64,000 bases of DNA, taken from NCBI GenBank assembly GCA_036561025.1, contig DATBQB010000017.1, positions 93,544 to 157,543 of the forward strand, in the 5' to 3' direction. Below the pieces are notes generated by a model. It saw only the letters and a list, made by a program, of their open reading frames with translations. It was not told where the DNA came from and made no database searches. The stretch's first letter is position 1; each line of letters opens with the position of its first letter. This document shows, piece by piece, positions 30,972 through 40,819 of the stretch. This DNA is from Methylobacter sp. (GTDB taxonomy: Bacteria > Pseudomonadota > Gammaproteobacteria > Methylococcales > Methylomonadaceae). Made by a program: the position numbers and the translations under genes.

Positions 30972-31958
30972 TTGCATAGCACATTTACCCCAAGGTCAAA
31001 GACGGTGCTTGTTAGCGGAGCCAATGGTTTTATAGGTAAACAGCTTTGTGCTGAGTTGCTTCGTCAAGGGCAATCCATTCGCGCGGCATTGCGATTGGGA
31101 CGCACAGACAATTTACCAATCGAAAATGCCGAAACCGTATCAATCGGCGCTATAGACGGTGAAACGGATTGGACGGATGCCTTGCTCGGTATAAAAACAG
31201 TCATTCATCTTGCTGCGCGAGTGCATGTAATGAAAGATAACGCCGCCGATCCGCTAGGCGAGTTGCGCAAGGTAAATGTTGAAGGCACTTGGAATCTTGC
31301 CCGGCAGGCAGCCGCAGCAGGCGTACAGCGATTCATTTTTATCAGCTCTATCAAGGTGAATGGCGAATCTACGCTTTTGGGGCAGCCTTATACTGCTGAT
31401 GACCCGCCTATGCCGACTGATCCTTACGGCATTTCCAAGCTTGAAGCGGAAGATGCATTACGGCAACTGGCTGATGAGACCGGTATGGAAGTGGTGATTA
31501 TCCGCCCACCTCTGGTTTACGGACCAGATGCGAAAGGCAATTTTCATAACATGATGAGCTGGCTACTTAAGGGAGTGCCGTTGCCTTTGGGCGCGATTCA
31601 TAATAAGCGCAGTTTTGTTGCTTTGGATAATTTGATCGATTTGATCATAACCTGCATCGATCATCCCGCCGCTGCCAACCAGACATTTTTGGCCGGAGAT
31701 GGTGAGGATTTGTCTACTACCGAATTATTACAACGATTGGGCAAAGCATTGGGCAAGCCGGCCAAACTGCTCCCCATGCCTGTCTGGGCATTAAAAATCG
31801 GCGCCATATTGTTAGGTAAGCGCGATATGGCTCAACGTTTGTGTAATTCGCTTCAAACTGATATTAGCAAAGCATGTGACCTGTTGGGCTGGCTCCCGCC
31901 TGTGCGTGTCGATGATGCTTTGAAGAAAACTGCAGCGGATTTTTTACACAAATCATGA
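30972..31958 (+). CDS. NAD-dependent epimerase/4-reductase (WbpV-like)
   Basis: SGANGFIG, HLAARVHVM, FISSIKVNGE, YGISK, RPPLVYG and NKRS; located before wbpL/wbpM-like genes. Confidence 0.85.
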   Translation: MHSTFTPRSKTVLVSGANGFIGKQLCAELLRQGQSIRAALRLGRTDNLPIENAETVSIGAIDGETDWTDALLGIKTVIHLAARVHVMKDNAADPLGELRKVNVEGTWNLARQAAAAGVQRFIFISSIKVNGESTLLGQPYTADDPPMPTDPYGISKLEAEDALRQLADETGMEVVIIRPPLVYGPDAKGNFHNMMSWLLKGVPLPLGAIHNKRSFVALDNLIDLIITCIDHPAAANQTFLAGDGEDLSTTELLQRLGKALGKPAKLLPMPVWALKIGAILLGKRDMAQRLCNSLQTDISKACDLLGWLPPVRVDDALKKTAADFLHKS

Positions 31959-32074
31959 TTTAGTGTCGGATGGGCAACAACGAGCGGAAAAGCAATTATA
32001 ATCACGCTGCCTCTACCTACTCCGCACAATACTCCCTACCTTCTTCCACTAACCAACATTTATTAGAGGTACAA

Positions 32075-33109
32075 ATGATTTTTTGGTGGTCTCTTTTGCT
32101 AACAAGTGCGGTGTCATGGACGCTTACCGGTTTTTTGCGTCGTTACGCCTTGTCAAAGAACTTAATCGACATTCCTAATGAACGCAGCTCGCACTCGGCG
32201 CCAACGCCTCGGGGCGGCGGGGTCGCTATTGTAACTTCATTTTTGGCGGTTTTACCGGTTTTAAACTGGCTTGGTTTGCTCTCTTCCCCTGTCTGTTTGG
32301 CCTTAGGAGGCGCCGGAGGCGCCGTTGCGGTAACCGGTTTTCTTGATGATCATGGACATATTGCCGCGCGCTGGCGCTTATTGATGCATTTTGCCGCGGC
32401 CGCTTGGGGCCTTTATTGGCTTGGCGGTTTTCCTCCTCTCCCTGTTTTTGGTTATTTGCTGGATTTGGGGTGGCTCGGGTATGTAGGTGCTGCGTTCTAT
32501 ATAGTCTGGCTGCTTAATCTTTACAATTTCATGGATGGCATTGATGGCCTTGCCGGCATTGAGGCGATCACGGTCTGTTGCAGCGGCGCTTTGGCGATAT
32601 GGCTTGTTGCGCCGGGTTCAACCGCATGGATGCTGCCGGTTCTTTTGGCCGCAGCCGTTTTAGGATTTCTTTTTTGGAATTTTCCGCCGGCCCGTATTTT
32701 TATGGGCGATGCCGGCAGCGGTTTTTTAGGCATTATGCTGGCGTTGCTTTCGGTGCAAGCGGCATGGGTTGAGCCTCGGTTATTATGGGTATGGTTAATT
32801 TTGCTGGGAGTGTTCATCGTCGATGCAACCGTGACCTTGTGCCGCCGCGTACTGCGAGGCGAAAAGTTTTATGAGGCCCATCGTAGCCATGCCTATCAAT
32901 ATGCATCCCGCATCATGGGCGCTCATCGGCCCGTCACCTTAGCAATAGGCGCGATTAATATTTTTTGGCTGATGCCTGTTGCGGGCTTGGTTGCATTAAA
33001 AAAATTGGACGGTATTGCGGGACTGATGGTGGCGTATTTGCCGTTATTGTTGTTGGCATATCGTTACAAGGCCGGAGACCGGCTGGCTCAAACCGGCTAT
33101 GCCGAGTGA
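32075..33109 (+). CDS. Undecaprenyl-phosphate N-acetylhexosamine-1-phosphate transferase (WbpL/MraY-like)
   Basis: RSSH..PTPRGGG, GFLDD, NLYNFMDGIDG, FMGDAGS and AHRSHAYQ. Start at MIFWW (32075) after an AGAGGT RBS. Confidence 0.9.
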   Translation: MIFWWSLLLTSAVSWTLTGFLRRYALSKNLIDIPNERSSHSAPTPRGGGVAIVTSFLAVLPVLNWLGLLSSPVCLALGGAGGAVAVTGFLDDHGHIAARWRLLMHFAAAAWGLYWLGGFPPLPVFGYLLDLGWLGYVGAAFYIVWLLNLYNFMDGIDGLAGIEAITVCCSGALAIWLVAPGSTAWMLPVLLAAAVLGFLFWNFPPARIFMGDAGSGFLGIMLALLSVQAAWVEPRLLWVWLILLGVFIVDATVTLCRRVLRGEKFYEAHRSHAYQYASRIMGAHRPVTLAIGAINIFWLMPVAGLVALKKLDGIAGLMVAYLPLLLLAYRYKAGDRLAQTGYAE

Positions 33110-33177
33110 GCTTGCTGAATCGGGTATAATAAAGCCGGTTATTAATGAAAGTTGCTATAGAAAAATAGGGATAATTA

Positions 33178-35301
33178 ATGAGGTCACGCTTAGCGAACTG
33201 GTTCATTGGCCTTGCGCGTCAAAAAAAGGCCTTTATTTTAATTAGCGCCGATATTCTTTTTGCGATATTTGCTCTTTGGGCGGCTCTTTCTTTGCGTTGG
33301 GGATGGCTGTATATCCCTAAAGGCGATGAATGGTACCTGTTTGCTGCGGCGCCTGCCATCGCAGTGCCTATTTTTGTTAAGCTGGGTTTGTACCGCGCCA
33401 TTATTCGTTATATAGAGGTTCGGGCGTTATGGACCATTATTCAGGCAACTACGCTTTATGCGCTGGTTTTTGCGTTTGTGTTGTACGAGTCCGGCATCAA
33501 AGGCGTTCCACGGACAGTGTTGCCGTTAAATTGGTTGAATATGATGCTTCTGGTTGGAGGCAGTCGTTTTTTTGCGCGTTGGTGGTTAGGAGAGGTCTAT
33601 TTAAACCTGGGAGGAGGCCGGGAGATAAAAAGTCCCAGCAAAAAAAACGTGGTCATTTATGGGGCGGGAAACGCCGGCGTACAGTTGGCTTCCGCATTAG
33701 GCTATGGACGTGAATTCAGGCCGGCCGCTTTCATTGATGATGACGTACGGCTGCATAAACAAAAAGTCAACGGTCTTAGAATTTATCCACTCAGTTCGTT
33801 GAGGTACTTGATAGAGAGACATCAGATTTCAGACGTCCTGCTGGCTATGCCCTCGGCTAACCGGGCGCGTAAAAGTGAAATTATCCGGCTGTTGGAGCCT
33901 TTTGCCGTTCACGTGATGTCTATGCCCGATTTGTCTGATATTGCCCAAGGCAAAGTCACCGTTGATGCCTTACAGGAGATTGATATTGCCGACCTGTTGG
34001 GCCGCGACGCTGTAGCGCCGGACCAATCGCTGCTGCATGCCAATATTGCCGGTAAGGTGGTGATGGTAACCGGTGCAGGAGGCTCTATCGGTTCCGAACT
34101 TTGCCGGCAAATTATCCGCTTGCAGCCGAGCACGCTGATTCTTTTTGAAATCAGTGAATTTGCACTTTATGCGATAGAAAAAGAGTTGCAGCATCTGCTA
34201 TCCAAACGCCGCACCAGTTCCCGACCGGCTGACGGCATACACACCATCCCTGGCGATCGCCGCGCCAGTTCCCGACTGGCTGGCGGCATACACACCATCC
34301 CTGGCGATATAGAAAATACTGAGGAAATAACGCTTATTCCGGTATTAGGTTCTATCGTGGATGGTGTCCGTGTTGAAAAGGTGTGCAAGACATTCAGGGT
34401 GCAAACGATTTATCATGCGGCAGCTTATAAACATGTACCGATGGTTGAAAGAAATCCGGGCGAAGCAATCTGGAATAATGTCTTTGGAACTTTGCGTACT
34501 GCACAAGCGGCGATAAACACAAACGTTGAAACCTTTGTGCTCATTTCAACGGATAAAGCCGTCAGACCCACCAATACGATGGGAGCAACCAAGCGTTTTG
34601 CCGAATTAATTTTGCAGGGATTAAGTTTAAACACTGCCAATAATCCTACTCGTTTTACTATGGTACGGTTTGGCAATGTATTAGGCTCCTCCGGATCCGT
34701 TGTGCCGTTGTTTAAAGAGCAGATCGCAAGAGGCGGCCCGGTAACGGTTACCGACCCAAGAATCATCCGTTATTTTATGACCATACCTGAAGCCTCGCAA
34801 TTGGTCATTCAGGCCGGAGCAATGGGGCTCGGCGGCGATGTATTTGTGCTGGAAATGGGCAAACCAGTCCGCATTGTTGATTTAGCCAAGCGGATGATTC
34901 ATTTGAGCGGCCTGGAAATCAAAGATGACGAGCATCCCGACGGCGACATCGAAATTAGTTATACCGGGTTAAGGCCTGGAGAAAAACTGTATGAAGAACT
35001 GTTGATTGGCGATAATGTTTCAGAAACCGATCATGCGCGGATTATGCGAGCCCAGGAACACATTATTCCCTGGATTGAGCTGGAAAAAATGCTGGCGGCA
35101 TTGGAACTGGCAACAAAAAACGATGATTTTGAGCAGATTAGAGAAGTTTTAGCGGATGCCGTTGCCGGTTTCGTACCGCAATGTGAAATTGAAGATTTGT
35201 TATGGAAAGAAAGTAGGCGGCTTGTGAATAGGTATACCAATGGAAGTTCTTTTGAAACCGGAAGCTCTGCGGATGAATACAGGGCGTTTCCAGAACCATG
35301 A
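33178..35301 (+). CDS. Membrane-bound UDP-GlcNAc 4,6-dehydratase (WbpM/CapD/PglF family)
   Basis: N-terminal TM helices, IYGAGNAG, VTGAGGSIGSEL, YHAAAYKHVP, STDKAVRP, RFGNVLGSSGSV and GLRPGEKLYEEL. Confidence 0.93.
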   Translation: MRSRLANWFIGLARQKKAFILISADILFAIFALWAALSLRWGWLYIPKGDEWYLFAAAPAIAVPIFVKLGLYRAIIRYIEVRALWTIIQATTLYALVFAFVLYESGIKGVPRTVLPLNWLNMMLLVGGSRFFARWWLGEVYLNLGGGREIKSPSKKNVVIYGAGNAGVQLASALGYGREFRPAAFIDDDVRLHKQKVNGLRIYPLSSLRYLIERHQISDVLLAMPSANRARKSEIIRLLEPFAVHVMSMPDLSDIAQGKVTVDALQEIDIADLLGRDAVAPDQSLLHANIAGKVVMVTGAGGSIGSELCRQIIRLQPSTLILFEISEFALYAIEKELQHLLSKRRTSSRPADGIHTIPGDRRASSRLAGGIHTIPGDIENTEEITLIPVLGSIVDGVRVEKVCKTFRVQTIYHAAAYKHVPMVERNPGEAIWNNVFGTLRTAQAAINTNVETFVLISTDKAVRPTNTMGATKRFAELILQGLSLNTANNPTRFTMVRFGNVLGSSGSVVPLFKEQIARGGPVTVTDPRIIRYFMTIPEASQLVIQAGAMGLGGDVFVLEMGKPVRIVDLAKRMIHLSGLEIKDDEHPDGDIEISYTGLRPGEKLYEELLIGDNVSETDHARIMRAQEHIIPWIELEKMLAALELATKNDDFEQIREVLADAVAGFVPQCEIEDLLWKESRRLVNRYTNGSSFETGSSADEYRAFPEP
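34207..34308 (+). repeat. Two tandem 51-bp units, in frame inside the wbpM-like gene
   Basis: 34207-34257 and 34258-34308 differ at 3 positions; they encode RRTSSRPADGIHTIPGD and RRASSRLAGGIHTIPGD. Confidence 0.95.
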
Positions 35302-35363
35302 CAACATTTTATGTATCTTGAAATGATGCCACTTAGGCGATTATTCACAGGCGGATTGTAAAA

Positions 35364-36281
35364 ATGGATAAATTAACCAGCATGAATGTCTTTGTTCGCG
35401 TGGCAAAAGCCGGAAGCTTTGCCGGAGGCGCACGCGACCTGGATATTTCCAGAGCCATGGCCACCAAGCACATCATGCATCTTGAGAGTGTACTGGGTAC
35501 GCGACTATTCAATCGAACCACCCGCAGCTTAAGCCTGACGGATGTGGGGGCGTCCTATTTGGAACGATGCCAGCAAGTGCTGCTTGAGGTTGAGGAGATG
35601 GAAGCGGCTGTAACGCATTTACAGACTGAGCCCAGAGGCGTTTTAAGAATCAGTGCGCCGCCGGTAATCGGTGCGACTCATATTGCCAGCGCCGTATCGG
35701 CATTTTTGAAAATGCATGCCGATTTGACTGTTGAGATGATATTGCAGAGCAGTCCCGGCGATTTGATCGATGAGGGAATTGATGTCGCTATTTCTTTGGG
35801 GACGTTGGATGATACCAGCATGTTTGCACGGAAATTAGCCAGCTCGTCGTTGGTTGTTTGCGGATCACCTGAATATTTTGCGCAATACGGCATTCCCCAG
35901 ACGCCTGAAGATTTGGAAGATCACAGCTGCCTGGTTAATTGGGCTATCGCACCGAGGAATAAATGGTTGTTCAAAGGCGAAGCGGGATATACCGGGATAA
36001 CCGTTTCAGGGCGGATGCAGGCAAATGTTGCGGACCCGATACGCATAGCTGCAATTAACGGCTTGGGGCTGGTGATGTTGCCCACTTACATTGTCGGCAG
36101 GGATATTGAAAAGGGCAAACTGAAAGTTGTACTGGAAAATTACACCTCGCCGCCTTTGGATGTCCATGCTGTATATCCGCATCGAAAATATTTGTCAGCC
36201 AAGGTCAGAAGTTTTATGGACTTTTTGCAGGAATGGCTGGAGCCTCGGGTTAGCCTGACGGGAATTGAATCAGAGAATTAA
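35364..36281 (+). CDS. LysR-family transcriptional regulator (CrgA/DmlR-like)
   Basis: HTH with GSF..., LGTRLFNRTTRSLSLT; substrate-binding domain ending KVRSFMDFL. Confidence 0.93.
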   Translation: MDKLTSMNVFVRVAKAGSFAGGARDLDISRAMATKHIMHLESVLGTRLFNRTTRSLSLTDVGASYLERCQQVLLEVEEMEAAVTHLQTEPRGVLRISAPPVIGATHIASAVSAFLKMHADLTVEMILQSSPGDLIDEGIDVAISLGTLDDTSMFARKLASSSLVVCGSPEYFAQYGIPQTPEDLEDHSCLVNWAIAPRNKWLFKGEAGYTGITVSGRMQANVADPIRIAAINGLGLVMLPTYIVGRDIEKGKLKVVLENYTSPPLDVHAVYPHRKYLSAKVRSFMDFLQEWLEPRVSLTGIESEN

Positions 36282-36287
36282 TGGTCA

Positions 36288-36456
36288 AACCTAGAAAAAT
36301 CATTTCATCCACGAAAAACACAAAAAGCACGAAAATATTCAAAAAGATACCAATCTGTAGACCGTCACCCAAAGAGTGAATAGCTAAATCAACACAACAT
36401 ACTGATTTGTTTCGTGTCTTTCGTGCTTTTCGTGGACTAACTGCGGTTTTTAGGTT
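36288..36456. repeat. Palindromic MITE-like element (CACGAA-ladder family), long copy with AACCTA...TAGGTT ends
   Basis: Left AACCTAGAAAAA...TCCACGAAAAACACAAAAAGCACGAAAA, right TTTCGTGTCTTTCGTGCTTTTCGTGGACTAA...TTTTTAGGTT. Confidence 0.8.
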
Positions 36457-36619
36457 AAAGCATTTTTGGCGGTCACTGCCTGGAATTGTGTCTATAGCTA
36501 TCAGCGGGCTAAAAGCTTAAGCTAATCGGTAGAGGTTCAATACCAACGCCCGCCAAGAAAAATGCCCCCTTCCAGTCATGCCGAATGCAATTTTGATAAC
36601 AATGTCATAAGCCGATTTC

Positions 36620-36647
36620 TTGACCGTGGACGAAGGGATGCGATAAT
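36620..36647 (+). promoter_or_regulatory. Candidate sigma-70 promoter upstream of the rhodanese gene
   Basis: TTGACC-N16-GATAAT. Confidence 0.4.
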
Positions 36648-36759
36648 AAGCGATCATAAACCGGACGGATTGCGGTTTTATTGCGCTTTTATGAGATAAT
36701 AAGCACGTTCATAAAAGTAACGCACGATGCGGCCAAAGACGCACCTAGAGATTAATACA

Positions 36760-37152
36760 ATGATAGAAAATTTAGATCCGCAACAAGCATGGGATTTGTT
36801 ACAAAATAACTCCGATGCGGTCTTGGTGGATGTAAGAACAAAAATTGAACATTCCTTTGTAGGACACCCTCCAGGCGCAATATCTATTCCTTGGAAGGAA
36901 GCTCCCGATTGGCAAGTTAATCCACAGTTTGTTGCCGAAATTAAAAAAATCGTAATTGACCGCAATGCGCCCATATTATTGCTCTGCCGAAGCGGCCAAC
37001 GCTCTCTGGATGCCGCAAAAGCGCTGGAAGAGGCAGGTTATCAGTTGCTGATTAATATTGTCGACGGTTTTGAAGGCGCGCTGGATGAGCATAAGCATCG
37101 GGGCAACCTTGGCGGCTGGCGTTTTCAGGGCCTGCCTTGGGAGCAGAGTTAA
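36760..37152 (+). CDS. Rhodanese-like domain protein
   Basis: LVDVRT..E...GHPPGA and active-site loop LCRSGQRS; likely start MIENL. Confidence 0.9.
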   Translation: MIENLDPQQAWDLLQNNSDAVLVDVRTKIEHSFVGHPPGAISIPWKEAPDWQVNPQFVAEIKKIVIDRNAPILLLCRSGQRSLDAAKALEEAGYQLLINIVDGFEGALDEHKHRGNLGGWRFQGLPWEQS

Positions 37153-37177
37153 GTTTGTAGCCAAATAATTGGACCAA

Positions 37178-37306
37178 GCAGGGTGCGTCCAACAAAATCT
37201 AAACAGCAGTCATGACGGTACGCCGCTCTTTCTCCCCCCCGCAACAAACCCATTTGGGTGCACATGCACTCATCATGCTTTAAAGGATGCGCCGAGCACA
37301 TCCTAC
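37178..37306. repeat. Degenerate REP/REPIN-like doublet
   Basis: GCAGGGTGCGTC at the left and GGATGCGCCGAGCACATCCTAC at the right (reverse complement begins GTAGGATGTGC), intergenic. Confidence 0.4.
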
Positions 37307-37338
37307 ATTTGTTTATTTAAACCTTAGAGTACATAAAA

Positions 37339-39150
37339 GTGATCGAAAAATTAAGAAATATTGCAATTATTGCCCACGTTGACCATGGTAAAACGACCCT
37401 GGTCGATAAATTATTGCAACAGTCCGGCACGTTTGCCGCTCATACTAAAGTGACTGAGCGCATTATGGACTCCAATGATATTGAAAAAGAGCGCGGTATT
37501 ACCATCCTGGCCAAAAATACGGCGCTGGATTGGAACGGCTATCATATCAATATCGTCGACACCCCAGGCCATGCCGATTTTGGCGGCGAAGTGGAGCGGG
37601 TACTGTCGATGGTCGACTCGGTATTGCTGCTGGTTGACGCGGTGGACGGCCCGATGCCGCAAACCCGTTTTGTTACCCAAAAAGCGTTTGCTTTAGGCTT
37701 AAACCCGATTGTGGTTATCAACAAAATCGACCGACCAGGTGCACGTCCGGACTGGGTTGTCGATCAAACTTTCGATTTATTCGATCGCTTAGGCGCAACT
37801 GACGAACAACTGGATTTTCCTATTGTTTATGCCTCAGCAATCAATGGCTATGCCGGATTGGAACACACCATCACCGGCGGCGATATGACCCCGCTGTTTG
37901 AGACGATTGTGTCCAAAGTTAGCCCTCCGCCGGTTGATATGGACGGACCTTTCCAAATGCAAGTGTCCAGCCTGGACTACAACACGTACACCGGCGTTAT
38001 CGGTATTGGCCGGATTCAGCGAGGCACCGTAAAGCCCAACATGCCGCTGGTTATTGTTAACCGGGAAGGCGTTGAGCGTAAGGGCCGCATGTTGCAGGTA
38101 TACGGTTTTCACGGCCTGGATCGTGTTGAAGTTCCAGAAGCACGCGCTGGCGACATCATTGCCTTTGCCGGTATTGAGAAGCTGGAAATATCGGACACCA
38201 TATGTCATCCCGATGCTATAGAAGCGATGCCGCCTTTATCGGTTGATGAGCCAACGGTATCGATGACTTTTCAGGTCAATAACTCGCCGTTTGCTGGACG
38301 CGAAGGTAAATTCGTCACTACGCGTCAAATTCGCGACCGACTGGATAAAGAATTGCAACACAACGTTGCGCTGAAAGTTGAAGACACCGCAGACCCGGAT
38401 AAATTCAAGGTATCAGGCCGTGGCGAGCTGCATTTATCGGTCTTGATTGAAAACATGCGTCGCGAAGGCTTTGAAATGGGCGTGTCGCGTCCAGAAGTTA
38501 TTATTAAAGAAATTGACGGTAAAAAGTGCGAGCCTTTTGAAATGGTCACCATTGAAGTGGAAGAAATCCACCAAGGGGCGATCATGGAAAAACTGGGCGA
38601 ACGTAAAGGCGATTTAACCAATATGGTTCCCGACGGCAAAGGACGTATTCGTCTGGAATATATGATGCCATCACGCGGCCTGATCGGTTTCCAAACCGAG
38701 TTCATGACCGCTACTTCCGGTTCAGGTCTGTTATACCACGTGTTCGATCATTACGGCCCGATGAAAGCCGGTGAAGTGGGCAGTCGTCAACGTGGTGTGA
38801 TGATTTCAATGGTTGCCGGCAAAGCCGTGACCTATTCATTGCATCCGCTGCAAGAACGCGGCGATTTATTATTGGTCAATGGCGATGAAGTCTACGAAGG
38901 GATGCTGGTTGGCCTGCACTCACGTACTAATGATTTAACGGTTAACCCGACCAAACCCAAACCGCTGACGAACATTCGTGCAGCAGGCACCGATGAGAGT
39001 TTGGTGCTGGCGAGAATTCAAAAAATGACTCTGGAGCAAGCGCTGGAATTTATTGCCGAAGATGAATTGGTTGAAGTTACGCCAAAATCGATACGCTTAC
39101 GCAAAAAGTTGTTAACCGAAAATGAGCGCAAAAGAGCGGCCAAGGGGTAA
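37339..39150 (+). CDS. typA: Translational GTPase TypA/BipA
   Basis: [43 protein letters not shown] and [10 protein letters not shown]. Confidence 0.98.
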   Translation: MIEKLRNIAIIAHVDHGKTTLVDKLLQQSGTFAAHTKVTERIMDSNDIEKERGITILAKNTALDWNGYHINIVDTPGHADFGGEVERVLSMVDSVLLLVDAVDGPMPQTRFVTQKAFALGLNPIVVINKIDRPGARPDWVVDQTFDLFDRLGATDEQLDFPIVYASAINGYAGLEHTITGGDMTPLFETIVSKVSPPPVDMDGPFQMQVSSLDYNTYTGVIGIGRIQRGTVKPNMPLVIVNREGVERKGRMLQVYGFHGLDRVEVPEARAGDIIAFAGIEKLEISDTICHPDAIEAMPPLSVDEPTVSMTFQVNNSPFAGREGKFVTTRQIRDRLDKELQHNVALKVEDTADPDKFKVSGRGELHLSVLIENMRREGFEMGVSRPEVIIKEIDGKKCEPFEMVTIEVEEIHQGAIMEKLGERKGDLTNMVPDGKGRIRLEYMMPSRGLIGFQTEFMTATSGSGLLYHVFDHYGPMKAGEVGSRQRGVMISMVAGKAVTYSLHPLQERGDLLLVNGDEVYEGMLVGLHSRTNDLTVNPTKPKPLTNIRAAGTDESLVLARIQKMTLEQALEFIAEDELVEVTPKSIRLRKKLLTENERKRAAKG

Positions 39151-39281
39151 GTTAAAGACGTAATTGCTTGCTGGCTTGCCCGTCTCAGGCAAGCCATCTC
39201 TTGATTCAGACGACACTCTGATACCGGCAGGAATGCCGGTACCAACTCCTGCATTGCTCAGTATGATTCCAGCAACGCTAT

Positions 39282-40640
39282 CTAATTCACCGCTGTCAGA
39301 CGCGGCTTTACCGGCTCGCCATTAATTTCAAAATCCATTTTGATACGTTTTGCGGCAGCTTTCATTTCCGTCTTGCTCTTAAAAGGTCCTGCAATAACCT
39401 GATAGGCATCGTCTTTCTGGATTTTACGCGCGGGTATGATCGGCCCCTGATGATTTAGCATAGTTGCCAATTGCTGCGCCTTTGTTTCATCATTAAAACT
39501 GGCCACCCTAATAGACCAGTCGCTATCTTTTAATTCCTCAACGACGGGCTGATCATAGAACTGCCCGGGATGACTCAACTGTACTGCATTAGCCGATATT
39601 TCCGACTCACTAAGGCTTTGCATGAGTATCGGTGTGGGAATGCCGTCTGAACGCTGAAGTATGCGTTCGACTTTATCCCAATCGACAGTCACGCTTTGTT
39701 TAGCGCTGATTTCACGTAATTGCTTTACGACCTGCTTTTTCAGCTTGGCTTTGTCCTTGGCCCATTTTGCTAAAGGCTCATGTGCTTCAAGGTATAGCAT
39801 GTCCTGATGCCAGGCTGTCAGATAGGGTTGATGAATGATACGCACCGGCATACCGACCGTCGCCTTTTTAAACAATACTTCAATGTCCTCCGGGTAAAGC
39901 TGCACACAGCCATGACTAATCTGCATGCCTATACCGTAGGGTTTATTGGTACCGTGGATTAAATAACCGGGAATCCCCAAACGCATTGCATAAAGTCCTA
40001 ACGGGTTATCAGGCCCCGCACCCACTACGTTGGGCAATGAATCGCCTTTTTCGGCGTGTTCGCGATGAATAGACTCGGGAACATGCCAGCTTGGATTGGC
40101 GTCTTTGGCGACGATACTGGTCAGCCCCATCGGCGTGTTCCATCCCTGACGGCCAATACCGACCGGATACGTATAGACTTTGTCAGGCTGTCTCTTGGGA
40201 TAATAAAATAGCCGCATATTCGCTAGATTCAGGGCTATGCCTTTATGAGGCGAATCGGGGAGTATAAACTGCAAAGGCAACAGAATGCGGCTGCCCGGCT
40301 TGGGTGTCCAGGGAGAAACTGCGGAGTTGGCTATGCTAATGTCGTTATAGCCAAGCCCGTAATGCCGGGCAATATCCGGCAGAGCATCATTCTCGCGGGT
40401 GTTGATCGCGGCAATCGTACCGACCATATTTTCACCGTCAGACAGTTCGAATTCATGGGTGACTATGGTTTCCGATTTAGGTTCAGGGAGCTCAACGGTT
40501 AGCGTTTTTTCTTCCTCGGAGAAAAGTGGCGACAGAGTCTGACAGCCGCTAAGCAGAATTAATCCAAACGCCAAACTAAGTGACAGGGCTGATTTTTTAA
40601 TTTTGAACAGGTCAATTCTAACGGTTTCTTGGCTGATCAT
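39282..40640 (-). CDS. L,D-transpeptidase (ErfK/YcfS family) lipoprotein with a C-terminal SPOR-like domain
   Basis: Lipobox LLSGC, YPVGIGR, GPDNPLG and IHGT...SHGCVQL; C-terminal WSIRVASF...YQVIAGPF. Confidence 0.88.
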   Translation of the reverse strand: MISQETVRIDLFKIKKSALSLSLAFGLILLSGCQTLSPLFSEEEKTLTVELPEPKSETIVTHEFELSDGENMVGTIAAINTRENDALPDIARHYGLGYNDISIANSAVSPWTPKPGSRILLPLQFILPDSPHKGIALNLANMRLFYYPKRQPDKVYTYPVGIGRQGWNTPMGLTSIVAKDANPSWHVPESIHREHAEKGDSLPNVVGAGPDNPLGLYAMRLGIPGYLIHGTNKPYGIGMQISHGCVQLYPEDIEVLFKKATVGMPVRIIHQPYLTAWHQDMLYLEAHEPLAKWAKDKAKLKKQVVKQLREISAKQSVTVDWDKVERILQRSDGIPTPILMQSLSESEISANAVQLSHPGQFYDQPVVEELKDSDWSIRVASFNDETKAQQLATMLNHQGPIIPARKIQKDDAYQVIAGPFKSKTEMKAAAKRIKMDFEINGEPVKPRLTAVN

Positions 40641-40819
40641 ATAGTTAAGCGCGAGTAGAGTTACAAGCGCTAAGTATATCGAAGGAGGGATTAAGATATA
40701 CCTAAGAAAACATTAAGAAATGATTAAAAACCCCGCTTTGAAGAACTGTTATTTTCACCCTACTGGCGCAGAAGTATCAACAGATCAATGTTGATTAGCC
40801 CGCGGTATGGTGCAGCTAA

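Noticed and set aside
34207-34308. CRISPR array
   Set aside because: Only two directly adjacent units with no spacers, in frame within a gene, and no cas genes in the window.
36504-36555. tRNA gene (stem ending near CCA, GGTTCAAT resembling a T-loop)
   Set aside because: About 52 nt only; no D-arm or anticodon arm geometry and no proper T-stem.
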